A program made the translations under genes and the position numbers. DNA of 63,098 nucleotides, counting the filler, from Phoronis australis (lineage: Eukaryota; Animalia; Phoronida): the NCBI GenBank assembly GCA_002633005.1. It is 6 parts of 6 records of this genome, joined end to end, with 100 filler letters (N's around TTAATTAATTAA, not from the genome) between each part and the next. Parts side by side here need not be neighbours in the genome. Positions count along the whole stretch, not along the records: positions 17,209 to 33,686 come from NMRA01001245.1; positions 33,787 to 36,844 come from NMRA01003251.1; positions 36,945 to 53,129 come from NMRA01001514.1; 3 more parts are not named here. One strand, given 5' to 3'. This document shows positions 26,401 to 36,974 of this stretch, in pieces. The notes beneath the pieces were generated by a model. The model did not search any database and was not told the origin of the DNA. It saw only the letters and a program-made list of their open reading frames with translations. Numbering within the stretch: position 1 is the first letter of the stretch; each line of letters starts with the position of its first letter.

Positions 26401-29400
26401 AGATTTGCTGACAAAGGGTATTTTCCATTTGATGAGTATAGCTTGTACATTCGGTTCTAGTTTTATATTTGCATTACGATTTCTCTCCTGATAATAATGT
26501 TGGGGCATAATGCAGTAAAAATTGGGAAAGCAAAGAAATTGATTGCGTTTCTCAAGGTAGGACTTTGTACCAGGAGTTTTTAGAAGTGGGCAATAGTGGC
26601 CTTTCCATTCAAATTTAAGAATCACCAGAAATACCGCAAAATTAACTGGCAAATGCATTTTGCAGACTCCACTGTTACAAAACCATACGTCTGAAATTTA
26701 CATAATATGGTGAATGCCAAAATCGCCCCTGTCCCAAATTTTCAGAATCACGAAAATTCAATGTCTGCTGGAATATCGGTTGTCCCAAATTTTAGAGACT
26801 GTCCAATACTAATTCTTTATCCGTACTGTTTGTGCGCATTACGCTTTCACAAATTCAACTTGAAAATGTGCATTGCTTGTGCTAAGCTTTACCTACTTTT
26901 TCCTAACTTGTTCTTACTTTTTTCTACTCGTTTGTGTTAAACTGTTGGGAGGCCTTGAAATCAATCACTGGTAATGACTCCATCTTTGCAGCTGGTTCTT
27001 TAACTGTTCACGTGACGATGCTGAGAACGCCCTAAGAAATGGGAAGACGTACGGTTCATCCCTTGTCCGTCCAGCTACTAGAAGTCAGGACTCTTCTATT
27101 GCCTATATTGTGTCTTTTTGTGACAATGACGGGTAAGACAGCCTCTGTAATGTAGTGGTTGTAGTCTGAATTGTCAAAATGCAAAATTCAGCACCATAGA
27201 TTTGTCAAATGGTTGCCATGTGTAGTGTGTTACAGCAATACCTATATTATGTAATGTGCCATGAAATGACACCATATTTTAATTTAAATTACAGAGATTT
27301 CGAATTTTGAGAAATTAATGTGGTTCTTGAGAAGACTAAGACTGAAAATATTACAGTGGCCTAAGGTCACTATGAGTGACTGAGGAAACTGATGCATAAT
27401 GTCAGCCCTCAATTACTTCACGTATTTGTTTGTTTTTATTGTAGGGTTCACCATCTGAAGGTTGCAATGCATTCTGGGCTCTTTTTGTTACCAGATATTA
27501 AGACGTCGATGGTAAGGATTACAACCATAATTCCACATTTTGAAAACCAGTTTTCTCCTCTGAAGAACTGGCATCAATCTTGTTCTCAAAATGGATGACC
27601 CAGCCCTGTAAATGACTATTGATTCAGTACATATAACCAATTCGGGTCTTCCTATTTCACTTCAGAGGTGACTGGAACCTTTCATTAAGACTTGAGGCGA
27701 GATCTTTACTTTTCGATTTGAGTTTCGTGTTATTGGTTTTGAAAGAAATTCAATCATTTTAGGCAGCGTGATCAAATCATACTTTTTAAACTTAATATTG
27801 AGATATTGCATTCAATTTACGAACATGACTTTGAATTTTTTGAAAGAATAAAGCTGTCAGCATAAACCTGTGTTCCAGAGGCATTGAGAAAGCGAATTTA
27901 AGAACTAAATTGTTTACTGTAAAGTTATAAAATTGGTTTACTATGGCTTGCTCCTTGTAGAAGTGAGAATTCTAGTGATGTCTGAGTTTGGAGGGAACTT
28001 ACTGTTGTTTATTCCTTGAGGTCATCCTTGGCTACGCACATAAAATGGCACATCGTGTGAGACGTCAACTTTTGGATCGGTTGTTGTTAAGGCCTCGCAA
28101 ACTCTTTTAAACTGAACAAAACAATTTAAATTACTTCTCATATGAGTGATACTATTTTGTAACCATTTCTTCATCTTGTTGCTATGAAATTGGATTTTCA
28201 TGTAGATAAGTATGGTTATGGAAGTTTAGTTATTTCAATTTAAGAGTCAGAGTGTATGTGTGAATGTTATTGTTGCTTTCCCATTAGAGGTGAAACATGA
28301 TTTTACTAATTGAAGAGTTTCGTAGGAAAGGTTAGCTCATGTAGTTGATCTGCAAGTAAAATTTCATTTAAAACAGTAACATTTAAAAGTAAAGCTTCAG
28401 TACTCACTCCAATTGTGCTGTCGTGGAAACAGTAAAGCAAAGAATTCGACGAAGTTATCAGTATAGGTTGCGGCAATGATATACGATCACGCAAGACTCG
28501 CAAAATGTGTTCTTTGTTTTTGTACTGTAGCTGACTTGCTTTTAATAGATGCTTTTAAAAGAAAAAATATCTGATGAAGAATGACGTTCACAATTTTCAT
28601 GAACACTCGTAAGGGGCTGGAGAACAATTTCCAGTTAGCCTCAAACCCACTACTCAATATTCGTTGGGCAATATGAATGAACTGCGTTGTCTGGTGTCAT
28701 AGCGATAACTTCGATATCGCAATCTAATTGGAAAGGTAAATAAAATTTTGGCAAAGCCTCAGTGAACCGGAGTTCCCTAATGGTGAAGCAACTTATAATT
28801 AATAATCTCGTGTTAATTGTCCGTCCAATAATTATGAGTTATTTTCAAAATTCGTATTTGTTCTATATGATGCATTGTTATTTACAGTTCTGTTTGCTTG
28901 TGCCATTGAACCCCAGCCATATTCACTAAAATACTGAAAATGATTTCCGGGTAAATAAATCTACTGAAAAATGGAAAGAAATTAAACAAATAGTCTGTTC
29001 TTTCAAAAGCCCAAAATCCTCCAATTAGACGGAAAACGTAGAGACCAGTTACATGTTTTGATGTGGAAGGCAGGTTTATTGTCACTTAAGTATTAGAGAT
29101 AGATGTCAGTATTTAAAGTATTGTCTTGGGTTAATTATTTCCTTATTTCAGCACACATTATCTAGATGTTAAATGATAATGACCATCTCATTAGCATATG
29201 ATTATGTTGAAAAGTACATGTAGCGTGTCAAGTTCAGAAGATGTTATTGTCAATCATTTTCAGGACAAAACCTTTAGTAGTCTTTATGACATCATCAGTT
29301 ACATACAAGATATCAACCCTGCTTTTGTTCCCATGAAAACCAATGACCTCAACATCCTAGGGGTCAGAAAAGACTCGGACTACGATATATTCATCCCTGT

Positions 29401-32400
29401 CAAACCACCAGGTAAATTACTTGCTAATTCTGACACTGAGTTTCTAATCTGATAGTTTCCGCCTTATTCCTAAGGCTTCACATTTTGAACTGCTCTTTCT
29501 CCCGTTATCTAACAGCATCAGAAGTAGGCCATGCACACTGCCTTATGACTTTCAGTCCTTAAACGTAAGTAAGGCCCTGGTAAATAGTCAAAGTTTTTGA
29601 ATATCATATCTCAAAATGGCCGATCAAGAGTCATATGAAACTTTCAGACGTGATAACTATTGTGTTCTCCAAACCGCTGTTAGGGATTATTTGGTTTTGA
29701 AATTTCCACTTTTGCATGAGGGCAATCAAAATACTCAAAAATGAGAACAAAAAGATAACAACATTTTTTGAAATCACATCTTGAACATTTATATTAAACA
29801 AAATTTGGTCAAGACATGTTATTGATACTGTTGTTCTGTCATTGATATACCTGTTCTTCTAAATTTTACTCAAAATTCATGTTCACATGACCCAATTACT
29901 GTCACATTGTTTTACAGTCAAAAATTAAAGTCTGAAAAATACAGGGTTGAATCCTATAGTCTTGAGGTTATTTGGCTAAGTTCACATGGTAATCGATAAC
30001 TAAACCATTTCTTTCTTTGTCATATTTTGCTTATACTGTCTCAAAGAACGTCCACAGGAAACCTGCCCTTCCAGCTTTTGGCCACTTAAGTCTCAATTCT
30101 TGCAGTGATTCCCCTCTTATTTCACACAAAATAATCGCTTAATGCATAATGGTCTTTTTTCCATTTTTAAGGGATTTACTCTACTGCAAGTAATTTAAAC
30201 CCTGCCAAAAACTGTTTTTGGCATTTTCACGGTACACAAAATGCTAATAATTGAATAAAATATTCTTTATTTTCGGGGAAAAACTATACGAAATGGAATT
30301 TGTCGGCTATTATTATGTGTGAAAAATTACCCATAATTCACTGTCTATATAATGCTACTTCCTGTCATTTCACAAAGATTACCTTACCTCACAATTAAAA
30401 ATAATTCAGACTTAAAATCATACCATGGCTTGAAAATGGGAATTAACTAATTTGAGTTGTCGGTGTTAAGACTAACCCTGCCCCAGACTATGGTGATGAG
30501 TATGACGAGGCAAGTGAGCATATTGTCCTGGTCGGTTAGAAAATGGACAATCTACTTGTTATAAATAATATAAATGGTGTTGTAAGGAAGAACAGACGAT
30601 TTAATTTTTAATATATTTCATTTTGCAATAATTCCTGAGCATTACTGCCACCACTAGCAACTCCACAACCCCCAACGCAACCAGCACTATCACCACCACC
30701 ACCATCACCGCCACAATCATCAGCGCCACTTTCTCTACTGAATTAAACGTTCTCCAGTATATCAACAGACCACCACCCAAAACATTTGCCATCAATACCA
30801 ATTGAAGTAGGTCACTATCAAATATTTTGAAAAGGATTTTTCTCCAGAGGCTGTGAGTATTTCATGTTAATAGGAACAAATTTCAAACCAATGTCGCAGC
30901 TAAAATGACAGCATAGTACCAAGGAGTGTATGTAGTTCACTCCGCCATTCTGCCTGGTTCACCACGACGGTTCTTGGTTAAAAAAAAGTAGCACCCCAAG
31001 TGGCGAATATCAGCAACACTAATTTTGCGGCGCAGTCGGAACCACTGATAAATTCATAATTTAATGACGTTCGATTTGCAATGAAATTACTGAGTTATTG
31101 AAAATGGGTAAAATATGTAAACTAACATCCACTTATAATCGAATGAGAATGAAATTGTGTTTATCGATATTGTATTTGCTTTCATTCTATTGAAGATCCT
31201 CCAAAACTCATCATGGTTTTGTTTCATGTTTGAGTTCTTAATAAGGCAAATTACGGTCCTTATAACATTTCATACCTCCGTGGAATACATAATTTTAGTG
31301 CTTGCTCCTGGAGGTTCTTCAGGCCAGTGGAAGTTGCCCCCAGGTGCCAGCAAAGGGGTACAAGGGAGTGCATTAAACTAGTGGGCGCCAAATGGGTGTT
31401 GACCTCCTCCCAGGGGAGGTACGTGGGAGGAATGCTAAACAGGTACATGAGCGTTGAGCCCCTCCCATTGTAACAAATTTTGGTGCCCCCACCCGACCAT
31501 TGGCAACGTGCTGAGGTGGTGATAATATTTGGCCCTCGTTTTTTGCATAACCCCAAGGACTTTAGCTTGTAATGACCGGTGGCCATCATTCCCCAGTACC
31601 ATCCTGGGTGTTTTCCAACTTTTCATTACAAAGTGCTCCCAGCTCACTGCTCGTTTCATGTCCACCCAACAATTTGAATGTTTTCCCCGTCATTGAATAC
31701 ACCTGCTACCACTTGCAGACAATTGGTTTTTGCAGTAGGTGTAACATTGACAGTCAGCTAAGAAGAAGAAATCAAGACAATTCATCACTACCACAACACT
31801 ACATTCCATTCCATTCTGATGCTCCCTCACATACAATTTTCGTAGACGTACGTTGACAACAAAGTACCTGCAGCTGGCAAAGCGTAACATGTGCAGTAGT
31901 CTACACTGACGACAGCGGCACCGGGACCGCGATCACCTTGTCTTCTAAAGATGAACAGAGCACATAAAATGAAAGACATTGTGTCACATTATTGAGTAAC
32001 GAATAATCCTTACCTTTCTGGATCCTTAGGAAGCATAAAAATGACATGTCATGAGTTTCCGTGGATAAATTAGTGCTATTTATTCGCACGCTTCCCCATT
32101 GTTCTTGCGCTGGCTACTTGACCGTTGCTTATTCACCTCTTTGCGGCGATAACAGCGTGTCTGCTAAGGTGCAGGGTGCCTAGGAATTATTGGTAGATTC
32201 TGTTAATCTCCCACCATCCCTGTTGAGTCTATATTTGGTGATGATGTATCTGTGTCATTAGCATGTACTGCAGCTTAGTGTTCATGGCGTTATTTGTTGT
32301 CATGATAATGTATTCTAATACACCAGTATTAACTCACTAAATTAGCAAGTACACCGAGTAACTTTACGTTGCATCTATATGGGCTTAATCCATGCTTTGA

Positions 32401-33083
32401 GCTGTTCTCATGTTTAACTGTGATTGTGCTCAGGGGCCCTGAAGGCCAGGGATGACTGCCACAGAGAGATTGAGGATAGCGATCTTGACGATGGTGAGCA
32501 GCTGTATTGTTTGCTGCCAGACGATGACGGGCAAGAAATGACGGTGCCCGCAGCTCCTCCTGGTTAGTAAAAGGGTGATAACTTCTGTCAGTGTGTTAGG
32601 TTGGTATGGAGCACGTGCAGGTTGGTAATCCCAGGTTACCAACACGCGCTAGGATTTACGATAAAGTATTTACCTGTTTTGGCCAAAACTGTGAACTATC
32701 ATTGAAATTTAGTAATCGCTCAAACTCTCGCTATATTTGTTGGTCTTCATGATACAATAATACATACTAACAATGATCCATAAAAAGATGACTACATTTC
32801 GACCACTGTACTGCCACTTTCAAACGTTGCATGCGTTCCTTGAATCAATAAATTGGATGCACTAACAGGCTGTGTGTACAAAAAAGCAGCCACCAACTAC
32901 TAATTATTTCTCGCCTGAAAATGCAATATATAGTTATGTGCAATTAAACCAATGGATTAAACATTCCTCCAATAGCCTAGCTGTGCTGGAACCAACAATG
33001 TTCCTTTGTTGTTGATTTAGCTACCCATATTCCAAGAGCGAGGGAACGTTCAATGTCTGTTCCATCTGTACTACCATCAGGAT
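20415..33083 (+). CDS. STAP1: STAP1/STAP2-like signal-transducing adaptor (PH + SH2 + acidic Tyr/Pro tail); spliced gene, 3' end incomplete
   Basis: Phase-consistent GT-AG exons: 20415-20468, 21853-21951, 24286-24420, 25102-25158, 25896-26197, 26992-27132, 27445-27511, 29264-29411, (30487-30513), 32434-32562, 33021-33083. PH domain (FHEGWLSHKG...W.AYL), STAP-type LLPGQ linker, SH2 domain (WFFNCSRDDAE...LVRP...HHLKV). The symbol denotes the family only (STAP1/STAP2 co-ortholog). Confidence 0.8.
21612..21690 (+). mobile_element. tRNA-derived SINE head (intronic)
   Basis: A box TGGCACAGTGG (21619-21629) and B box GTTCGAGTTCC (21666-21676) at tRNA-like spacing; no intact cloverleaf. Confidence 0.5.
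21853..21951 (+). CDS. STAP-like exon: KFRKAYGVLKRAQISDVYLYLYTDTDHTRNREN (PH)
   Basis: ttctttactag| ... |gtaagc; 99 nt, phase 0-0. Confidence 0.85.
23104..23203. repeat. ~49-bp tandem duplication
   Basis: tgtccataaggtatg.gtctcctgtgt.gggttatttaccctaatagta occurs twice in tandem. Confidence 0.85.
24286..24420 (+). CDS. STAP-like exon: YLGGYEICSKTDIKVDKRDKSLITLTTIRRKKDGDDKCRVSAKFK (PH)
   Basis: cttcccatgcgcag| ... AAG|gtatgt; 135 nt, phase 0-0. Confidence 0.85.
25102..25158 (+). CDS. STAP-like exon: FDVEDQRPLWLAYLIGLAH (PH C-terminal helix)
   Basis: tgtatttcag| ... |gtacgt; 57 nt; carries the conserved PH-helix Trp. Confidence 0.85.
25896..26197 (+). CDS. STAP-like exon: GQIPQEHQDHLLPGQ...APPLPPRR...YRNQTTP (linker)
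   Basis: ttccatttcag| ... AG|gtgtgt; lies inside ORF 25866-26210; LLPGQ motif and a PPLPPR class II SH3 ligand. Confidence 0.85.
26992..27132 (+). CDS. STAP-like exon: SH2 N-terminal half WFFNCSRDDAENALRNGKTYGSSLVRPATRSQDSSIAYIVSFCDND
   Basis: catctttgcag| ... GG|gtaaga; phase 2-2; SH2 WF...SR..AE...LVR pattern. Confidence 0.88.
27445..27511 (+). CDS. STAP-like exon: VHHLKVAMHSGLFLLPDIKTSM (SH2 betaD)
   Basis: tttttattgtag| ... ATG|gtaagg; phase 2-0. Confidence 0.85.
29264..29411 (+). CDS. STAP-like exon: DKTFSSLYDIISYIQD...DYDIFIPVKPP (SH2 alphaB and tail start)
   Basis: tcattttcag| ... CAG|gtaaat; FSSLxDIIxY is the SH2 C-terminal motif; phase 0-1. Confidence 0.87.
30487..30513 (+). CDS. 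Candidate 27-nt micro-exon: DYGDEYDEA
   Basis: Branch-like ctaac plus cctgccccag acceptor; donor |gtgagc; phase 1-1 and in frame. Confidence 0.5.
32434..32562 (+). CDS. STAP-like tail exon: ALKARDDCHREIEDSDLDDGEQLYCLLPDDDGQEMTVPAAPP
   Basis: gtgctcag| ... CTG|gttagt; 129 nt, phase 1-1, open frame. Confidence 0.7.
33021..33083 (+). CDS. STAP-like tail exon: ATHIPRARERSMSVPSVLPSG
   Basis: ttgttgatttag| ... |gtaaga; 63 nt, phase 1-1, no stop, so the gene continues. Confidence 0.6.
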
Positions 33084-33786
33084 GTAAGAATTTGTTGGCT
33101 TTTGGATTGGTTTTGCATGTTGTTAAAAGCTGGTGTCTAGCGAGTGCCATCTTTTGTCACAAGAGACCAATTTTTGATTCGGACCACTCACTGTAATGAA
33201 ACTTGTGTGTCAAAGGTGGAAAATTAAGATGCACAGGTAGTTAGACAATAGGATTGAGAAAATTATCATTAGTAGCTTCCATGAAAAAATCACTTTTTCT
33301 CAAGTTTGGTTCTCAAACGTAATGGATCACCCTTTTGTTTAGGTTATCGCTGTAATTCTGTTTGCCCCGCCTTCCTTTGTAAGGATTTTTGATGAATGCC
33401 ATTCTTGTGAAAGTGCGACATGGTACAAGGAAGTCTATGCCTTGTTGTCAAAAATATTTTCTGGCACATTGTTAAATATATAGAGAGAGTTATAATTAAA
33501 CACCTAAATTTTGTAGTTGGAAAGGGAGGGTTGTTGATGATGAGTAATTCTGAACACCCAAAACAAACCGTTTAATTAGAAGAGCCACCTTATCTTAAAA
33601 TGCTGGCTCACTTGAAAACGTCATACACACCTGAACAGTGCTCCATGTAGACCTCATCTGTGGAAACTCTCCCCCCGCCCCCCCCCNNNNNNNNNNNNNN
33701 NNNNNNNNNNNNNNNNNNNNNNNNNNNNNNTTAATTAATTAANNNNNNNNNNNNNNNNNNNNNNNNNNNNNNNNNNNNNNNNNNNN

Positions 33787-33878
33787 GGTGATGATGATGA
33801 TGATGATGATGATGGTGATGGTGATGGTGATGGTGATGGTGATGATGATGATGATGATGATGATTGTGATGGCGATGG
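33787..33878. repeat. (GAT)n/(GATGGT)n microsatellite
   Basis: Read directly at the contig start. Confidence 0.95.
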
Positions 33879-34041
33879 AGACATTAGTTTACTACTGAAC
33901 TCAATAAATTTATGTAATCACCACTAACTGGGTTGTGTAAACTCACCTCTGCCATATTTATTATAAAACATTCAATGAATACACTAATAGGCTAGTCTTG
34001 TTCATGGACAGTAAAAGTTAGCAAATGAACTAAGATCTTAC

Positions 34042-35410
34042 CAACAACAACAGATGGTGATGGGATCTGAGGATCAGACTTCATAACAGTTGATGATTTC
34101 TTTGGAGCTGACAACTCAGGCTGGTTTGATTTCTTCACAGCTGAGAAATTGAGCATGAATGTTCCAATAATTCAACTGACTCGAAATTCAAATTAAAACA
34201 GCACAGCTTATAGACATCAGAAAGACTTACTGCCTCACATTCATGTTTTACAATCACATTTTAAATGCGAACAGTAATAATAATGAAACTATGGAATAAA
34301 TGAGCCCACAACAAGCACAGCAGAACCATAGCATAGCAGGTGTTTATTGTGAGCCCACAACAAGCACAGCAGAACCATAGCATAGCAGGTGTTTATTCAC
34401 AAGGCAAGTCTCCCAGTCACTTTCCTTAGCCAGTCTTCCCCCAACACAAGGTACAGCATAGCAGGTGTTTACTCACAAGGCAAATCTCCCAGTCACTTTC
34501 CTTAGCCAGTCTTCCCCCAACACAAGGTACAGCATAGCAGGTGTTTACTCACAAGGCAAATCTCCCAGTCACTTTCCTTAGCCAGTCTTGCCCCAACACA
34601 AGGTACAAGGACAAGCATACTGTTTGGATAATTTGCTCCAAATAATACACATGACTCTTAATACAGAAGCCAAAATGAAAGAAGCCTCAAAAGGTCATAA
34701 AGGTCAAGTGACCACCACTCACCTGTGGCAAAACTGAGCTGGGGTGACCCTGATGAGGTGTCCTTCTGAATGACCAGAGCGGGTGCAAAAGTGATCAACT
34801 CATCATATATACTGCAAACAGATTCAGTTGACACTTGACTTGTTGCAAAATGTCACACATCAATGAAGTAAAATTGTCTTTGAAACTTCTTTGAGCACTG
34901 TGGCACCAGAAGAACTATTCCTTTAGAATTTCTCTCATCTTCCAAAATTGTAGTGAAAACAATTTATATTACAAGTTAAACACTATATTTGTATTCATTC
35001 GGTTATAGATTTTCTTCTCAACATTATCCAGATGTACTTTTAAACTGCTACGTGGAAAAAATACCTTTGAGGCGCTTAAGCTTGATAAATGTTTCACCAT
35101 AGAGACGTGTTTCAGTGCAATTCATTACACATCAGCCACTCAGTAGATACCATAGAGTGAATATTGCATACACACAAATGGCAATGATACTGCAGTGCAA
35201 CTTTAACAAATGCCAAATACACTACCCAGGAATCATTTCTAGGATTGTATTTATGGACAACTCCATTTCTGACACTTGTGACGGTGTTAGATCGTCTGAC
35301 ATGACTCGTCGAAGCACTGAGGTGATACACTCTGAGAACTCCTTGTAAAACATCATGTAGCGATGGATGACAGATGGCGCTGTTGGATAGTTGGTATCGC
35401 TGTTGTCATC
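34042..35410 (-). CDS. Unidentified spliced gene fragment; exons 35410-35226, 34811-34723, 34140-34042
   Basis: Three AG..GT-bounded exons with matching phases (0-2, 2-1, 1-1) give one open frame: DDNSDTNYPTAPSVIHRYMMFYKEFSECITSVLRRVMSDDLTPSQVSEMELSINTILEMIPGIYDELITFAPALVIQKDTSSGSPQLSFATAVKKSNQPELSAPKKSSTVMKSDPQIPSPSVVV. No family recognised. Confidence 0.6.
34301..34606. repeat. Compound minisatellite: ~50-bp unit x2 joined to 76-bp unit x3
   Basis: tgagcccacaacaagcacagcagaaccatagcatagcaggtgttta x2, then agcatagcaggtgttta.tcacaaggcaa.tctcccagtcactttccttagccagtctt.ccccaacacaaggtac x3. Confidence 0.9.
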
Positions 35411-35526
35411 CTGCCAACACACATAGGAATAACAAGAACAACCTCTGATAGTTGTAGAGATTAATAATTCTATCTGTGATAACACACTCTGTTACACATT
35501 AACTTTTCATTACCAATTTTTGGAAC

Positions 35527-35990
35527 TGCATTTCTCAGTGCCAGGATACCTAGAACATGCATTTCTCAGTACCAGGATACCTAGAACGTGCATTTCTCAG
35601 TACCAGGATACCTAGAAAGTGCATTTCTCAGTGCCAGGATACCCAGAACGTGCATTTCTCAGTGCCAGGATACCTAACACATGCATTTCTCAGTGCCAGG
35701 ATACCTAACACGTGCATTTCTCAGTGCCAGAATACCTAACACGTGCATTTCTCAATGCCAGAATACCTAACACGTGCATTTCTCAATGCCATAATACCTA
35801 ACACGTGCATTTCTCAATGCCAGAATACCTAACACGTGCATTTCTCAATGCCAGAATACCTAACACGTGCATTTCTCAATGCCATAATACCTAACACGTG
35901 CATTTCTCAATGCCAGAATACCTAACACGTGCATTTCTCAATGCCAGAATACCTAACACGTGCATTTCTCAATGCCAGAATACCTAACAC
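35527..35990. repeat. 31-bp minisatellite, ~15 copies
   Basis: Contiguous units of gtgcatttctca(g/a)tgccag(g/a)atacctaacac with no spacers. Confidence 0.95.
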
Positions 35991-36944
35991 ATAGACTACA
36001 ATCACTAATGCTCTAACATGGTTCTTAGCCAGAGATTGTTGAACTTTCCTGGTAAGATACCCATACCCTATTTTATGACATTTTAAAATTTTAACATCAT
36101 ACATGGAGACAGAAAAACTTATCAATTATCAATAAATGCTTCAGGTTGAAGTACATAGCTTGCTGGCGCGAGTACATGCCTCAGCTCATGTCGGACATTT
36201 CAAGCTCAGATCCTAAAACAGACAGCTTTTGAATTTGAGTCAACAAAACATCAATGTTGGAGAGTTTACAGGCAATTCCATCACTCACAATTCGACAGGT
36301 GAGCTATCTACAGAAATAGCCTACCAAACAACAAAAAATGAAAAAGAAATTTCAGTTGTTAGTAAAATTGCCTTCCTTTCTTCTTGAAATGTCATTAACC
36401 TGTAGTTATCTCCTATGACATTTAGGATTAACTAGGTCAAGAATGGGCAAGTACCCAATTCAGCAATTGGCACGTTTGGCAGTGAATAGTTAATAGCTGA
36501 AAGGCACGTTTGGCAGTGAATGGTTACATAGCCGAAAGGCACGTTTGGCAGTGAAAGAGCTAACAATACAGAATACATGTCCGTCATAACCATTTTTAAG
36601 CTTGATAAAATGCGGAACACAATTTAAGATCTGAGTATGGTTGACAGTGTGCAAGACATCAGCAAAGCCTCAGCATTTGCCATGTAAAGTTTGAACACAG
36701 AGTGGCTTAATTCAACAGTCGATGGTAAAATGCTCAGTTCCCCTGAAAGGTGACCCCAAAGTGATAACCTACTAATATGCTGAGTTCTCCTGAAACGTGA
36801 CCCCAAAGTGATAATCTGCTAATATGCGGAGTTCTCCTGAAAGGNNNNNNNNNNNNNNNNNNNNNNNNNNNNNNNNNNNNNNNNNNNNTTAATTAATTAA
36901 NNNNNNNNNNNNNNNNNNNNNNNNNNNNNNNNNNNNNNNNNNNN

Positions 36945-36974
36945 CGCTTGGTGCTTGTACCGTAGATCACGTTC
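36945..36974 (-). CDS. M28B terminal exon start NVIYGTSTK..., truncated by gap
   Basis: Acceptor gttttccag, phase 2; aligns to the HVIYAPSS motif of GCPII. Confidence 0.75.

Noticed and set aside
30637-30806. Pro- or Thr-rich stretch as a STAP exon
   Set aside because: Low-complexity (CAC/ACC)n-like sequence without convincing splice sites; all three plus frames stop.
34301-35990. Tandem repeats as CRISPR-like arrays
   Set aside because: Units are contiguous with no unique spacers, no cas genes are present, and the context is eukaryotic and intronic.
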